From contig NW_026781893.1 in NCBI RefSeq assembly GCF_031769215.1, positions 1,054,001 to 1,118,000 of the forward strand: 64,000 bases of DNA, written 5' to 3'. The notes beneath the pieces were generated by a model, which did not search any database, was not told where the DNA came from, and saw only the letters and a list, made by a program, of their open reading frames with translations. The first letter of the stretch is position 1; every line of letters starts with the position of its first letter. Below, in pieces: positions 13,721 through 26,478 of the stretch. The translations under genes were made by a program, and so were the position numbers. Source of the DNA: Ylistrum balloti. Taxonomy: Eukaryota.

Positions 13721-15165
13721 CTATTGATAACAATAGGTAATGTTTTAAAAAATTCAACAAAAAATTCAGTACAGTTCAAAATTAACGCTATACAGCATTA
13801 TTTTGGAAAACAGTACGCTCAGCCCTTTGATCTCTAACTATTGGTGATATCGTTTTGTACTTTGATTTTATACAGAATGTCAATGTATTGCAGGCATTGC
13901 CTTTGATTACAGGCCAAAATAGGTGAAAAGCCCGTTAAAATTGTCTATGACAATTTCTAGTTCTATATCTGTAATTTTTTTTTATCCTTTTAATGTTTAG
14001 TTTTTCCGTTTTTTGAGTACTGTAATGAGAAACTGTTTGCTTTGATTGGTGATATTGAACTACTATCAAGGCTATTTAGTTCGAATATGAAAACTTCTTT
14101 CAACATGCTACTTATAAAGAGCAACATCTTACATTTGTCATAAAGATTAATCCAGTTATACTCCAATTATTGTCACAGGCAAAGATCACCAGTTTTATTC
14201 AGCATTGGTCACATTTCCCGGTAAATGCCATTTGGAATTGCCCCGTAATGACTGGAATCAAAATACGTATTTAGGTAGTAAACATATACTATCATACTAG
14301 AAATACTGTATTTGTATGTGTGTAGATGTGTATGAGGTGTCTTTGTACTTCACTTTGTGGATAACTCCCCAGCAGCTTTGTGCTCATCTGGAAGTTAAAA
14401 AAAAACCAAAACAACGAACTAAGTAACTAACTACCACACACACACACACACGCACGCATTGTTAGTTTCGCGATAATATTAAAGTCAAATCCATCAGACT
14501 TCTCTCGTTAACTCGAGTTTGTGATCGTCACGATTCATACTTTGTGGGTAAGTATTTTATAATATTTTCTGAATAATATTTGTAATCCGTATTCGGTATG
14601 TATCTCTCGTCTTATGAAGTAATGCTTGGTTTCTGGAGAAATGCATGGGGAAAAAAGGATAAATTTTGTATGAACATTGGATTCTGTCCCACTGTGATCC
14701 AAAAGTGGAAACACAGTGGTTTCAAAATGGCATCGTCAGAGGTAGAGTATCATTACGGAGAGCGGTGAACATTGCGAAATTTTGTGCGTTTCTGTCGTTC
14801 TGGACAATGTGCAGTTGTTGTACAAAGACAGCGATTCGTTTAGGGAAGGAAGGGGCTAGGTAAAGACGAATTTCGTCATGTGAATGTGCTGTATTTACTA
14901 GAATAATTTGAAATCGATCTGCGCTATTATATTATATTTAATATTCATATACATATGTATATGAGGCCCAAGTAAGAACTTTTCTCACCAAAAGCCGACG
15001 ACCAGTCAAGTACAACATACCAACAGAGTTGCTCCGAGATCATGGGATCCACCTACCACCCCACAAGAACCACAGCATAACAGACATGACCCGTCTGTGT
15101 TTGTTTCTGATGCCGATCAGACTACCGTGAAGTCCGTATAGGGGCTAGCGGAGGACACTTCCAGT

Positions 15166-18100
15166 CTTAGAATATGTTCATGGAACGTTCAGAGAAATTT
15201 AAGTAGTAAGCTTGGTGACGAAGGATTTCGAGACGTGTTCAATGCATATGATATTGTGTGTCTTGCTGAATGCTGGTTAGAAAATGACAATTTCACTGTG
15301 AGTGGTTTATGAATGTTTCTCGCCTTTTTAGAGGGCTAAATGTAAAGGTGGGGGCATTGTTTGTTTATTCAAGTCATGGCTTAAGGGTAACATTAGTTTA
15401 GAGTCTGTAGATGTTGATAGCATTGTCTGGGTAAAGATAAATGGTAAGCTTTTTTCAGATGGCAAAGATGTTTTTCTTGCATTAACTTACTTACCTCCTG
15501 AAATGTCCACGTTTTACCACGTTTATGACCAAGGCATTTTTGATTTGCTTGTAAATGGTATTGGGAAATTTAGTACATTTGGTCATGTCTTCATAATGGG
15601 TGACCTAAACAGTAGAACTGGTAATATGCCTGACTACATTGTGCATGACGTTCTTCCTGAAAATGTTCATCATGTTATTGATAATGTTTTTTCTTACGAG
15701 AGTGAGTCAAGTAATACCAATCGTAAGTCCCAGGACCGACAAGTCAATACGTTTGGCCGTCGACTTTTGCAGTTGTGTAAAACAACCGACTTCCGTATAT
15801 TAAATGGTCGCACTGAAGGAGATATGGATGGTCGGATAACTTTTTATAATGCCTTAGGCACCAGTGTTATTGACTACGCTCTTTGTAATATTACCTCTAT
15901 AAAGTTAGTTAATACCTGCCAAGTCGGTCTCTTTAACGAATTTTCTGACCACGCACCTTTATTGCTTACTTTAAAAGTAAATACTGAAGGCTGTGATTGC
16001 TGCAATGATGGAAGTAAGAACTCTGTAGTAAGATCTGTTTCTTGGTCTAGTGATCACAAGGAAAAGTCAGAACAATTTGTGTATGATAATCAATATCTGA
16101 TCAGTAATGCCTTGAATGGGCTCGATAATACTAGTGAAAGTATCGATCGTTGTCTTGCTGTATTTGAAGAAAATGTTCATTTTTTGTTTGACCGTTACTG
16201 TTGTCAGAGCAAAACTGTCAGGACCTGTAATTTTTCTTGTCATGAGTCTTCTTTTCGTAAATCAAAAGAGCCTGACAAGCCTTGGTTTGATAGGTAATGT
16301 CAACGATTATACAATAATTATAAAACTGCACTTTATCACTTTAATAGTTGTAAGTCTGAACAATATAGGGTTAATTTAACCAGATCCAAGAAAAGTTATA
16401 AAAGTTATGAGGTCAAAATGAAACTTAGGTACCTCCAAATGGAGGGCGATATGATGGACGCTTTAAAGCGTAACGACCAAAAGTCTTTTTATCAAAAATT
16501 TTCGAAACGTAAGTTAGGTGGTACCGGTAACTTGTCTCTTGACAATTTTTTTAGATATTTTAGTGATTTATCTGATAATCCAATGGACACAATTCGACAT
16601 GATGATGTAATTATTGATAACAATGAGTGTGTTTATGCCGAGCTCGATGATGAATTTAGTATACATAAGTTACTTGAAGCAATCAAATGCCTCCCAAAGG
16701 GGAAATCGACTGGCATGGACATGTTGCTTAACGAGTATTTTGTTGAAGATAAAGAATTATTTGCACCTGTATTATTAAAGTTGTTTAACACTATTTTTCA
16801 AGTAGGTTATTTTCCTAAAGTTTGGGCACAAGGTGTTATTGTACCTCTACACAAAAAGGGTGACAAGAACAATGTTAATAATTATAGAGGTATTACTCTT
16901 ATTAGCCATGTAGCAAAACTTTTTACTTCTCTTTTAAATAAGCGATTGTTAACATGGAGTGAAAATGAAAATTTCGTTTCAGACGCCCAGTTTGGATTTC
17001 GGCCGGGATTTGGGACGAGAGACGCAATATTTGTTTTAAATAGTTTGATTACTAAGACTTTACAAAATAACAAAAGGTTGTATTGTGTCTTCGTTGATTA
17101 CCGGAAGGCATTTGATAGTATATCTCATAAAAAGTTGTGGTTTAAGTTATGGAGAGCTGGAGTAAGATGTCGATTATTGGATATTGTTAGATCTATATAT
17201 GATAATGTTAAGTCTTGTGTCAGGTTGAATGGTAAACTATCTGTTATGTGCGACCTCCATGTCGGCTTGTTACAAGGGGAATCTTTGTCCCCGATTTTAT
17301 TTTCTTTGTTCATTAATGACATAGAGTCTGAATTAATCAATTCCAATTGTCAAAGCTACGAGTTGCAGCTGATTAACCTGTTCATACTGATGTATGCTGA
17401 CGATACTGTCCTGTTTTCGGAAGATATAGACAACCTTCAAAAGATGTTAGATTTTCTACATTCTTATTTTGCAAGGTGGAATTTAGATGTTAATTTGGAC
17501 AAAACGAAAATTGTGGTAATCAGGAAAAGTAAAAATATTTACCCTAATGAACGTTGGAATTACAATGGTTCGCCCATTGAGTTGGTTGATCAATTTTGTT
17601 ACCTTGGTTTATTTTTTAACTTCAATGGTAAATTTAGTATTGCTTTGGATAACTTTGCTGTGCAAGGTAGAAAAGCTTATTTCCTGTTAAACAGAAGAAT
17701 GAAAAGATTCATGTTAAATTGTGAAACGAAGTTGTCATTATTTGATACCTATATTTCCTGTTTACTTAATTATGCATGTGAAATTTGGGGTTTTAGTCCG
17801 GCACCCCAGTTAGAGAAAATACATCTATTGTTCTTAAAAAATGTGTTGGGTGTTAAAAAGAACGTGAATTCTTCTATGGTCTACCATGAGCTGGGTCGTT
17901 TCCCTTTGTTAATAGATCGTAAAATAGCTGTTATGAAATATTGGCTTAAATTACTGCATACCGATAGTTGTGTTTTAAAGTCATGTTATAATGAACTTGT
18001 AGAGCTAAATCTAAGAAAACCTGGATTTAAGGTGAATTTTATGTACCATGTAAAGCAAGAGCTTAGTAGTTTAAGGTTTCATGATGTTTGGTTGACTTAG

Positions 18101-18601
18101 TGTATTTCAAATGAAAAGCATTTTTTGATGCTATATACTCAACGGTTACATGATGTTTTCATTCAAGAGACAAGAAACAGTTTTGAAAATTCATCCAAGT
18201 GTATACTATATAAACATATTGTTGACCGGTTTGAACTGCAGTTTTATCTTCGTAAGTCTTTGACTTTTAAATCTAAAAATATCCTCTCTAAGTTTAGGAT
18301 TCAGGCACATAGTCTAAACGTTGAGACCGGTAGATACCATGGTATACCCAGAGCTCTAAGGTATTGTATATTATGTGACAAAAGAGAAATGGAGGACGAG
18401 ATTCATTTTATTTTATTATGTCCAACATACTCAGATTTAAGAGCATTATATATTAAACCGTATTATTATCGACGTCCATCTGTACATAAATTAACTGAAT
18501 TATTGGCAGTTACAAATGTTAAAACGCTGAGAAACCTCAGTAAATACTTAAGTTATGCTTTGACAAGAAGAACTTTACTTCTTAATGCTAGAACAAGTTA
18601 G
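15166..18601 (+). mobile_element. non-LTR retrotransposon ORF2 (APE endonuclease, RT, C-terminal CCHC), RTE-X/CR1-like group, inactivated
   Basis: LRICSWNVQ, CLAECW, GDLNSRTG, SVIDY, FSDHAPL (EN); QFGFRPG, VFVDYRKAFDS, LLQGESLSPILF, YADD (RT); CILCDKREMEDEIHFILLCP. One frameshift near 15307 and in-frame stops near 15329, at 16295-16297 and at 18098-18100. Confidence 0.95.
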
Positions 18602-18719
18602 TAAATTTGAGTGTTTATAAATGAATGTAGAGGTTTATGTTTTAACTGTGTCTGTTGTGTTCTACGCCATCTTAAATACATGTTTATGATATTGGTTTTA
18701 ATTTTTTCGACTGATTTGA

Positions 18720-18993
18720 ATTTGAACTGATTTGAATCAAAGTTGCTGCTGCTGATGATGATGATGTTGATGATGAAATGACGTCGATGATGATGATAAT
18801 TGACGTTGTTGTTGATGATAAGTAAGATGATGATGATGATGAATTGATGATGATGAATTGACATCGATGATGATGATGAAATGACGTCGATGATGGTGAT
18901 AATTGACGTTGTTGTTGATGATGATAATTAAGATGATGATGAATTGACATCGATGATGACGATGATGATGATGATTAATTAACATCGATGATA

Positions 18994-19032
<39 letters not shown>
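18720..19032. repeat. compound (GAT)n microsatellite downstream of the LINE
   Basis: GAT/GTT/GCT runs; source of the His/Gln/Ser-rich minus-strand ORFs. Confidence 0.9.
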
Positions 19033-19475
19033 TAAGGCATGACTATTTTTGTAATTTAACTACAAATTATATAACTATATTATAAATCCGTAAAATTGTC
19101 TGTATCCAATAAGTTGATTACAATTATTTGTATCTCATAAGTTAGAAAATCTTGTGAGATCAAATCGAAATTAATTGGGAAACAATTGCTACTGTCAGAA
19201 TACCTGATGAAATTATTTACGTTTTAATTGTGTGTAGTGTTCTCCACCGTCATGTTGCATAAACTGTATTGATATTGTTGTGTACCCTGATTTGTAAATC
19301 CTATATGCTGTACTGCATTTGGAAATAAACTGAATGATTGTATATGCATGCACACATGTTTACCTGTATGTAAAATCGAACTCACGATCGACGTGTCGTC
19401 ACACTCTACTCTAACAGAAAGGTCACATCACGTGAACGTCGTGTTGACGGTAAAATTATACGCGACTCTGATAAA

Positions 19476-19728
19476 GTGAGGAATGCGTGGATGCAACATT
19501 TCTGCGAATTAGCCAAGCCAGAGACGGTGATATGTTGGTTGTGTGGAAAAAAGTCAGACAATATAATTCTTCATTTCCTTATACTATGTCCAAAGTTATA
19601 CAAAAGTAGGGATTTGTTATTTAATCAAATAGTTAACATTATTGACTTCAATGACTATGCTGTGTTTTCCAACTTGGATGAGCAGGAGCAGTGTAGTTTC
19701 CTTTTAGGAGATCTTAGTGTTATACATC
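19476..19728 (+). pseudogene. fragment of a second LINE ORF2 (linker fused to C-terminal CCHC)
   Basis: AWMQHFCELAKP followed directly by CWLCGKKSDNIILHFLILCP...EQCSFLLG. Confidence 0.55.
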
Positions 19729-20308
19729 TGTAACGAAATTGGCCGAGTCCGCCCCGTCAATCGTAATTGCCCGGGTCAGCCGCGACACAACCTGTCACAC
19801 TGCCGCTTTCGCTTGCAGATTCCTCATGAAAATACAGACGACGACACTAACAAATGGACAGATAACTTAGACTGAAATAAAGTTCAACAATTTATTACAC
19901 GTAACAAGAGACAAATACACAAATAATAATACAAAACAAGGACTGGCCAACAGTGGGAGAAATAACCATTAAGCTAATCCCCTAAATCTTGTAGTCGGGT
20001 TTCGTTCCTAGACCACGTGCCGGCCTCGCGAACATGCTGTAAAGTTCTCGTTCCCTGACACCTTAACCACGTCCTACACGTGAAAAACGGGTCTACCACC
20101 CGTAAAAACCTCACTGACGTCTCTCTAGGTCGACCAGGTAACAACTTCAAGCCACTGTTACAGTGCTATGACACCATGCTACAACGGCACATGGCCAACA
20201 CCCGCGAACGATACCCGAAATGACTAAGTCAAAATATCACGAAATTAACACCTAAAATGGAAAAATATACCCGGAAATACAACAATAGGTGTTCATTTTA
20301 ACCTTACA
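19729..20308 (-). mobile_element. probable solo LTR (~580 bp)
   Basis: minus strand reads tgtaag...aataaa (19891-19896)...cgttaca; GC-richer than flanks; no target-site duplication could be confirmed. Confidence 0.55.
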
Positions 20309-20957
20309 TTATGTGATCATGGAAGGATGGGCGGCAGTTTAAGAGATATTAGCAGATAATGTATCTTAACTCAAAATAACATCCTTACCTCCGGGGTCGG
20401 CTAGAAAAAGTCACAAGGTCCTGACACTCGTCACGTGCGCCACCGCAGGTGCGCGGGGCCGTGTGCAAAAATGCACGCCTATGAACACAATGTCCAATGA
20501 AATGACTGATTTTTTAGTTGCCGAATGAAAAAAAGCAACGACGCAATGCATGGCGTTCATGAAATAGTGTGAATATTCTTGTTTTTTGTTGTGGTTTTTT
20601 TCTCTATCAATCTCGATTAACGAGGAAATAAAGAATGTCTGTCTGTCTGCCTGTCTGTCTGTCCAAGTAGTTACACATGATTATTCACAATCTTTCTTTC
20701 AAATTGCATACAGAATAAAAGTCTTCGGTAGTTTCTTCAAAAGCAATGTTATGTCATGATTTATCTTACTATTATGCTACATTGATATCTCATTTCGTTA
20801 TTGTGTTCATTATACTCTTGCAATCAATAGATTTTTGTAATATGCATTGAAGTCTTTTCATGAATATATTCATATATAAGTATACAGTCCTAATTTTTCT
20901 CCACACAATATTATCGACAACTACTATATGTTTTTTTTTGTGTTACAGACGTTCAGC

Positions 20958-22466
20958 ATGTCGGATACAGGCAGGGATTTCGCTAGATTTGGCTTTCAAT
21001 GTTTGTGCAAACGGCGCGATACCTTCAAACTGAGACGCTACCTTAACAGTGAAAACAAGCTGATCGGGTTGTTTTGTACGGAATGTAACACGGAAAACCT
21101 CACACGTGAATATTTAGTAGGCAGCGATGTTGATGTAGATGAAGAAAGCAGTCGTGAAAGAATACAGATGCTTCCACGACCTACCCCGAATTTGAGCGAA
21201 AACAGAGCGTTTCAAGTTCAAAGTTCAAAAACAAAAATAGACCAGAAATATTTCGCTGATATCCTGAAACCAGGAGACCAGATTTCTTGGCACAGAAAGT
21301 ACTGTCTTTGGCACCATGCCATTGTGGAGGAAGTTGTTGCTGAAAAAAACGAACTCATATTAATTCATTGGAACATAAAGAATCGTCTCATTAAAATTTT
21401 ACGCAGCTGTTTCAAAGTGGAAGCCAGCGAAGAAGGACTTTTCAATAAAATGTACCGTATTGATTACCCTGTGGAAATAACAAAGACGAACGATCCGGAA
21501 CTGGTGTTGGCAAGAGCACGGTCTAGAATAAATGATACGGGGTATTCTCCTTTTACAGACAATTGTGAATCCTTCGCAACCTACTGCAAAACAGGCGTCG
21601 AAAAGTCACACCAGCTAACTTGGTTTAAAGGAAAATTGAACGAGTACATCGGGCAAAATGTAGTTACGAGTGCCAGGTCGACTTTCAATGGAACATGCAA
21701 ATTTGTACAGAATACAGTTTCTGTCGCGAAGAAGGTGACTGGGAAAGTCGTTCCGGCAGAAAGTATTGGATACGCCGTCAAAGGAATTAACCTGGTTGCA
21801 ACTGGGATTGTGATAATCCTTGAAGCGGGGTTCGTCATTTGGGATTTGAAGAATGCGTACGGAGAAAGGGAAAAAGGGAACATATCAAGGAACGATTTTA
21901 TCGAAACAGCAATCCGAAGAGTGGTTGACGGTATTGTGAGTGCGGGGGTGGTTGTGTCGTCCTTTCTAGGTCCAGGATCACTCGGGATCACCTTGGTATC
22001 ACCGTTTGGCCCAGTAGGTATTATCATTGGTGGTGTCCTTGGAGGGGTTTTAGGCGGAGAAGCACTCAAACTTATCGGTACTTATCTTGGATGTTTCGTT
22101 GGAAAGGCAATTTCAGCGTCATTCAAATCCGATGATAGAACAGTAACTAATATTTTAGACTTGCAATATGGCGACCATATAGTTGTATTCGATTGGATAC
22201 TACATCCGCGGTGTCATGCCATCGTCGTGGAACACAATGGGAGCGACAACATTAAAGTGATTCGTAACAAATACAAGGCCGGAATTGTCGAAGAGTGGAT
22301 ACCCTTTTCTACACCACTGTTCAAAGTCGAGTACCTGAATGGGACATGTAAAGAACCAGAGAAAGTCGTGAAAATGGCAAGGTCAAAGCTCGGTCAAAGT
22401 AGGTATTGTCTGGCTACCTATAACTGTAAAACCTTTGCCAGGCAATGCAAATTGATAAAGTATTGA
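20958..22466 (+). CDS. dual-LRAT/PLAAT-domain glycine-zipper protein, paralog 1 (502 aa)
   Basis: acceptor TTACAG at 20948 then ATG 20958; KPGDQISWHR..WHHAIV..LIHW..RARSRI..YSPFTDNCESFATYCKTG; hydrophobic Gly-rich centre; GDHIVV..HPRCHAIV..YNCKTFARQCK. Confidence 0.9.
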   Translation: MSDTGRDFARFGFQCLCKRRDTFKLRRYLNSENKLIGLFCTECNTENLTREYLVGSDVDVDEESSRERIQMLPRPTPNLSENRAFQVQSSKTKIDQKYFADILKPGDQISWHRKYCLWHHAIVEEVVAEKNELILIHWNIKNRLIKILRSCFKVEASEEGLFNKMYRIDYPVEITKTNDPELVLARARSRINDTGYSPFTDNCESFATYCKTGVEKSHQLTWFKGKLNEYIGQNVVTSARSTFNGTCKFVQNTVSVAKKVTGKVVPAESIGYAVKGINLVATGIVIILEAGFVIWDLKNAYGEREKGNISRNDFIETAIRRVVDGIVSAGVVVSSFLGPGSLGITLVSPFGPVGIIIGGVLGGVLGGEALKLIGTYLGCFVGKAISASFKSDDRTVTNILDLQYGDHIVVFDWILHPRCHAIVVEHNGSDNIKVIRNKYKAGIVEEWIPFSTPLFKVEYLNGTCKEPEKVVKMARSKLGQSRYCLATYNCKTFARQCKLIKY

Positions 22467-23389
22467 CGACCTACCGAGGGAGGCATGTTCAGCCCTGAGT
22501 GAGTGTACACGCAGTAATATTCTTGAAACACAAACATGTTTTCATACTTCATCGTATCTTATGAAGTGTTTCAAAAACTACTTATCACAACACTGCCAAA
22601 TATTAACCAGATATGATTTGGCATCAGTGTCAAATATGTAACACCAAAGGGTGTTGTTAAATTCCGTTCATTTCATAATATATATATTAAAAGGCGGGGG
22701 ATGACATCTTCGAGTCTATGATCATGTGAAACGATGTACTCTTACAAACTTGAAACATTACCTGAAGAATAAAAACAAGTTGTCCTGCTGGGCAAACCCT
22801 TTACAATTGTAAATATGGTAATTTACGACATATTCAGTCTGAACTGAATAACCTGCAATCCCATCCCAGTCTAAGAGATTTAATCCAAATAATGTTGAAT
22901 AACAACATCTCTTTTTATCTTGTGTAGTCCTTCAATCCAAAGAAATGCAGAAATAAGAGAAATCAATTTTTATAATATCTCTGTAAAGGGTTCAATAAAG
23001 TAATAAACAAGTAATTGAGCTGAGATATCAATAAAGATTTTATGACATTTATTTTGCATACAGGAGTCAAATTTGCTATACCATGCAATAATTGAAGATT
23101 AGAATTTAACTATTTTTTATTATAATTCCGTTCAGGGATTTCAGTCAAGTCAACAGAAAAGTCAGTTCCCAAAAAGGAGAATCTAATGCTTCTAAGTGCC
23201 TCTGCTGCACGCTTTACTACAAAACCATATGATTTGTTTTATCGGTTATATATTTTATGCCCCGCGATTAAAAAAAAAAAAACCTATTTAATTCAACAGA
23301 CTCCTTTTACGATATTTAAGACCCATCTAGCACTAAATCAGTATCATCTGTATACTGTAAATTCAAAATAAGTACATTTTCCACTTAAA

Positions 23390-24300
23390 TCATCCAAATA
23401 ATTACTTTATTCTCACGTTGGATGTCGATAGAAGATATATTGCGATATGATTGATGAAAATATTAGAATGAAGTGTTTTAACCAATCTTTAAATATCATC
23501 TCCAAAAATAAATTAATTCAACCTTTTCAATAAACATCAATGAAACAGAATCAATTTTTTTCAGAATTTATTGAGAGTAGAATACCAGGAATATTTTCTT
23601 CTCCAGAATAATCCATAACATCATATAATGTGCGGATATTTTACCTTGTATATCGCCCTGACATGAAATCTGTTTGGCAATATTTATGAATTTATTTAAA
23701 ACTTTCCTAACCTTTTGTGAGATAACACCAGAAGCTATTTTGTAAGTGATATTTAGAAGAGATTTTTTTATGAATTGACGAGGTTTATCTCCCTTGGAAA
23801 TACAGGTTATAATGCTTTGTCTTTGTGTGATGGAAAGTTGGCAGACTGGAAAACAGAAATAGATCTAACAACAAAAATCAAGACATTTCAAGAAACATTT
23901 TAACAACCCAGGCGTAAAACCATCAGAACCAAGACTCTAATAATATATTCATATATTTTGGAATATTACATGTCTCGTCTATTGAAAATTCACCTTCAAG
24001 ACTAGAAGTTTCAGTTCAATTTAACTTTGGAACATTAAAACACTGAATGTTTTTTTACTTAATCTCATGAATATCTTAGCCGGAAAACTTTCAAAGACAA
24101 ATCTATATTTTTCTTTCTTACTTTTTCTCTTTGATTTGATCTGTAAGTATTTGTGTATTCCGACATTAAAAAGTATAAACTATCGTTGTAGAATACTGGT
24201 TGGTCATTTATCGATTCAAATGGCAAAGATGAGTCATTCAAACAAATAACAGAAAAAAAACACACACAACAACACAAAAATATTGACCAATTCAGCATCA
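23390..24300 (-). pseudogene. decayed L1/Tx1-type ORF2 (RT N-terminal half)
   Basis: minus-strand pieces LEGEFSIDE, SLGSDGFTP, LSITQRQSIITCISKGDKPRQFIK, SLLNITYKIASG, NIRTLYDVMDYSGEENIPGILLSI; many frameshifts. Confidence 0.75.
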
Positions 24301-25544
24301 ATAGCAAATTATTTTGTTCTAAAGTAATGATGTGTCACGATCTCTGTATCGGCAGTGGACATGTCGTATTACTATCTTTTTATTTTTCTGTTATTTCTAA
24401 AACTGTCAGTGCTTTGAGTGGGACCGTATTTCTGCTGAACATCAAAGTCAATGAAAGTTTGATTTTATTTTTTAACTTAGATATATGTCAACAACATTGA
24501 ACAGTTGAAAGCGATACAGATAATGAATTTATACACATACCCTTGATTACAATGACACATGCACAGACGAAAGATAACGAATGCAATGCTTTACAGCTCT
24601 GTGTACTCGTTGGTGCATCGTTGTCTTCGGCCAGTGACGCACTTGTGTACATTTAAAGCAAATTATTATTAGGCCACCGATACAAACATGTTTGTCCTAT
24701 TTTCAAACATCGAAAAGACAACCACACGGAGGTAACCTGAAGAAACATTTCCTGATTTATTTTTCCTCAAAATTTCCATATGGTGTGTGTTTTATGTCAG
24801 TGATAGTATAAAACTAACAAAGACAGGTCTGTGCCCTCAAAGTGATTGCCAAATCCTGCTTATATGCATTGCAACATGCTGACATAATTCTACAGGGCAT
24901 TTCATCATCTATCAGTTCGTAGTTAAGGAATTTACATGATTAAATATAGCATATGTTTGGGATCCCTGGTGGCTAAAAATAGACAGTAGAATTACATAAC
25001 AGCTAGTATGTAAAACATTTAACGTACTGTTCACAAAACACGAACACATTGTAATTATGAATGACTGAACAGATATAACTTCACGATATATGATAAAGGA
25101 ATCCAATAAAAGTAAAGGTCATATCTAACAACATTGTGTGTACACTTGCGGCACTTTACACATATCTCGTTACATCACAAGGGTTGTAAGCGCATATTAC
25201 AAATACAAGTGTTATTCTAGATTTGTTAAAAACAACATTCTCAAATCTGTTATTTATTCCTCTTATAGTGCGATTTCTGAAAGCAAAGTTGCTCAGTTTA
25301 GCAGTTGTCATAAAGCAGCATTTACATATCATTTTGAAAAATGTTTCTTTAGGTTGTTTTCATTCTGTAGCAATAATTTACATTTTAGCTATCATATGGC
25401 GTCAACAGATTTTGTGCTTTCTTTTGTAGCCTCTAGTGTGACAACACTATGTTGTCCAGCTCTGTGTAATTGTGGGTGTGATAATATGATGTTTGTACAA
25501 ATATGTGTAGTTGTTGGTGTAACAGAACAATGTTGGCCAGCTCT

Positions 25545-26478
25545 GTGTATTCGTTATAACACGGTTGTAAAATGCTCCGTGTAGTCGTTATAACATGGTT
25601 TTAAACAGCTCTGTGTAGTCGTTATAACACGGTTTTAAACAGCTTTGTGTTGTCGTTATAACATGATGTTAAACATCTCTGTGGATTCGTTAGAACACGG
25701 TTATAAACAGATCTGTGTAGTCGTTATAACACGGTCTTAAACTGTTGTGTTTTGTCGTTATAACACTGTGATAAACATCTCTGTGTATTCGTTATAACAC
25801 GGTTATAAACAGCTCTGTGTATTCGTTATAACATGATGTTAAACAGCTCTGTGTATTTATTATAACACGGTTTTAAACTGCTGTGTGTAATCGTTATAAC
25901 ACGGTTTTAAACTGTTGTGTGTAGTCGTTATAACACGTTGTTAAACAGCTCTGTGTATTTGATATAACACGGTGTTAAACAGCTCTGTGTATTTGATATA
26001 ACGCGGTTTTAAACTGCTGTGTGTAGTTGTTATAATACGGTTTTGAACTGATGTGTGTATTCATTATAACACGATGTAAGTTGCTCTGTGTAGTCGTTAT
26101 AACACGGTTTTAAATAGCTCTGTGTAGTCGTTATAACACGGTTTTAAACAGCTGTGTGTAGTCGTTATAACACGGTTTGAAACAGCTCTGTGTTGTCGTT
26201 ATAACACGGTGCTAACAGCTCAATATAGTCGTTATACCTCGGTGTTTACCAGCTCTGTGTAGTTGTTATAACACGGTTTTAAACAGGTCTGTGTAGTCGT
26301 TATAACACGGTTTTAAACTGCTGGGTGTAATCGTTATAACACGGTTTTAAACAGTTCTGTGTTGTCGTTATAACACGGTGCTAACAGCTCAATCTAGTCG
26401 TTATAACTCGGTGTTTACCAGCTCTGTGTAGTCGTTATAACACGGTTTTAAACAGCTCTGTGTAGCCCTTATAACACA
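25545..26478. repeat. 34-bp minisatellite array 1 (~27 copies)
   Basis: unit gttataacacggttttaaacagctctgtgtagtc. Confidence 0.93.

Noticed and set aside
18598-18985. His/Gln/Ser-rich minus-strand ORFs
   Set aside because: Translations of the (GAT)n microsatellite
20928-20957. ORF-track N-terminal extensions of LRAT paralogs 1 and 2 (also 36381-36401)
   Set aside because: They run through the polypyrimidine tract and TTACAG acceptor; the homologous ATGs are 20958 and 36402
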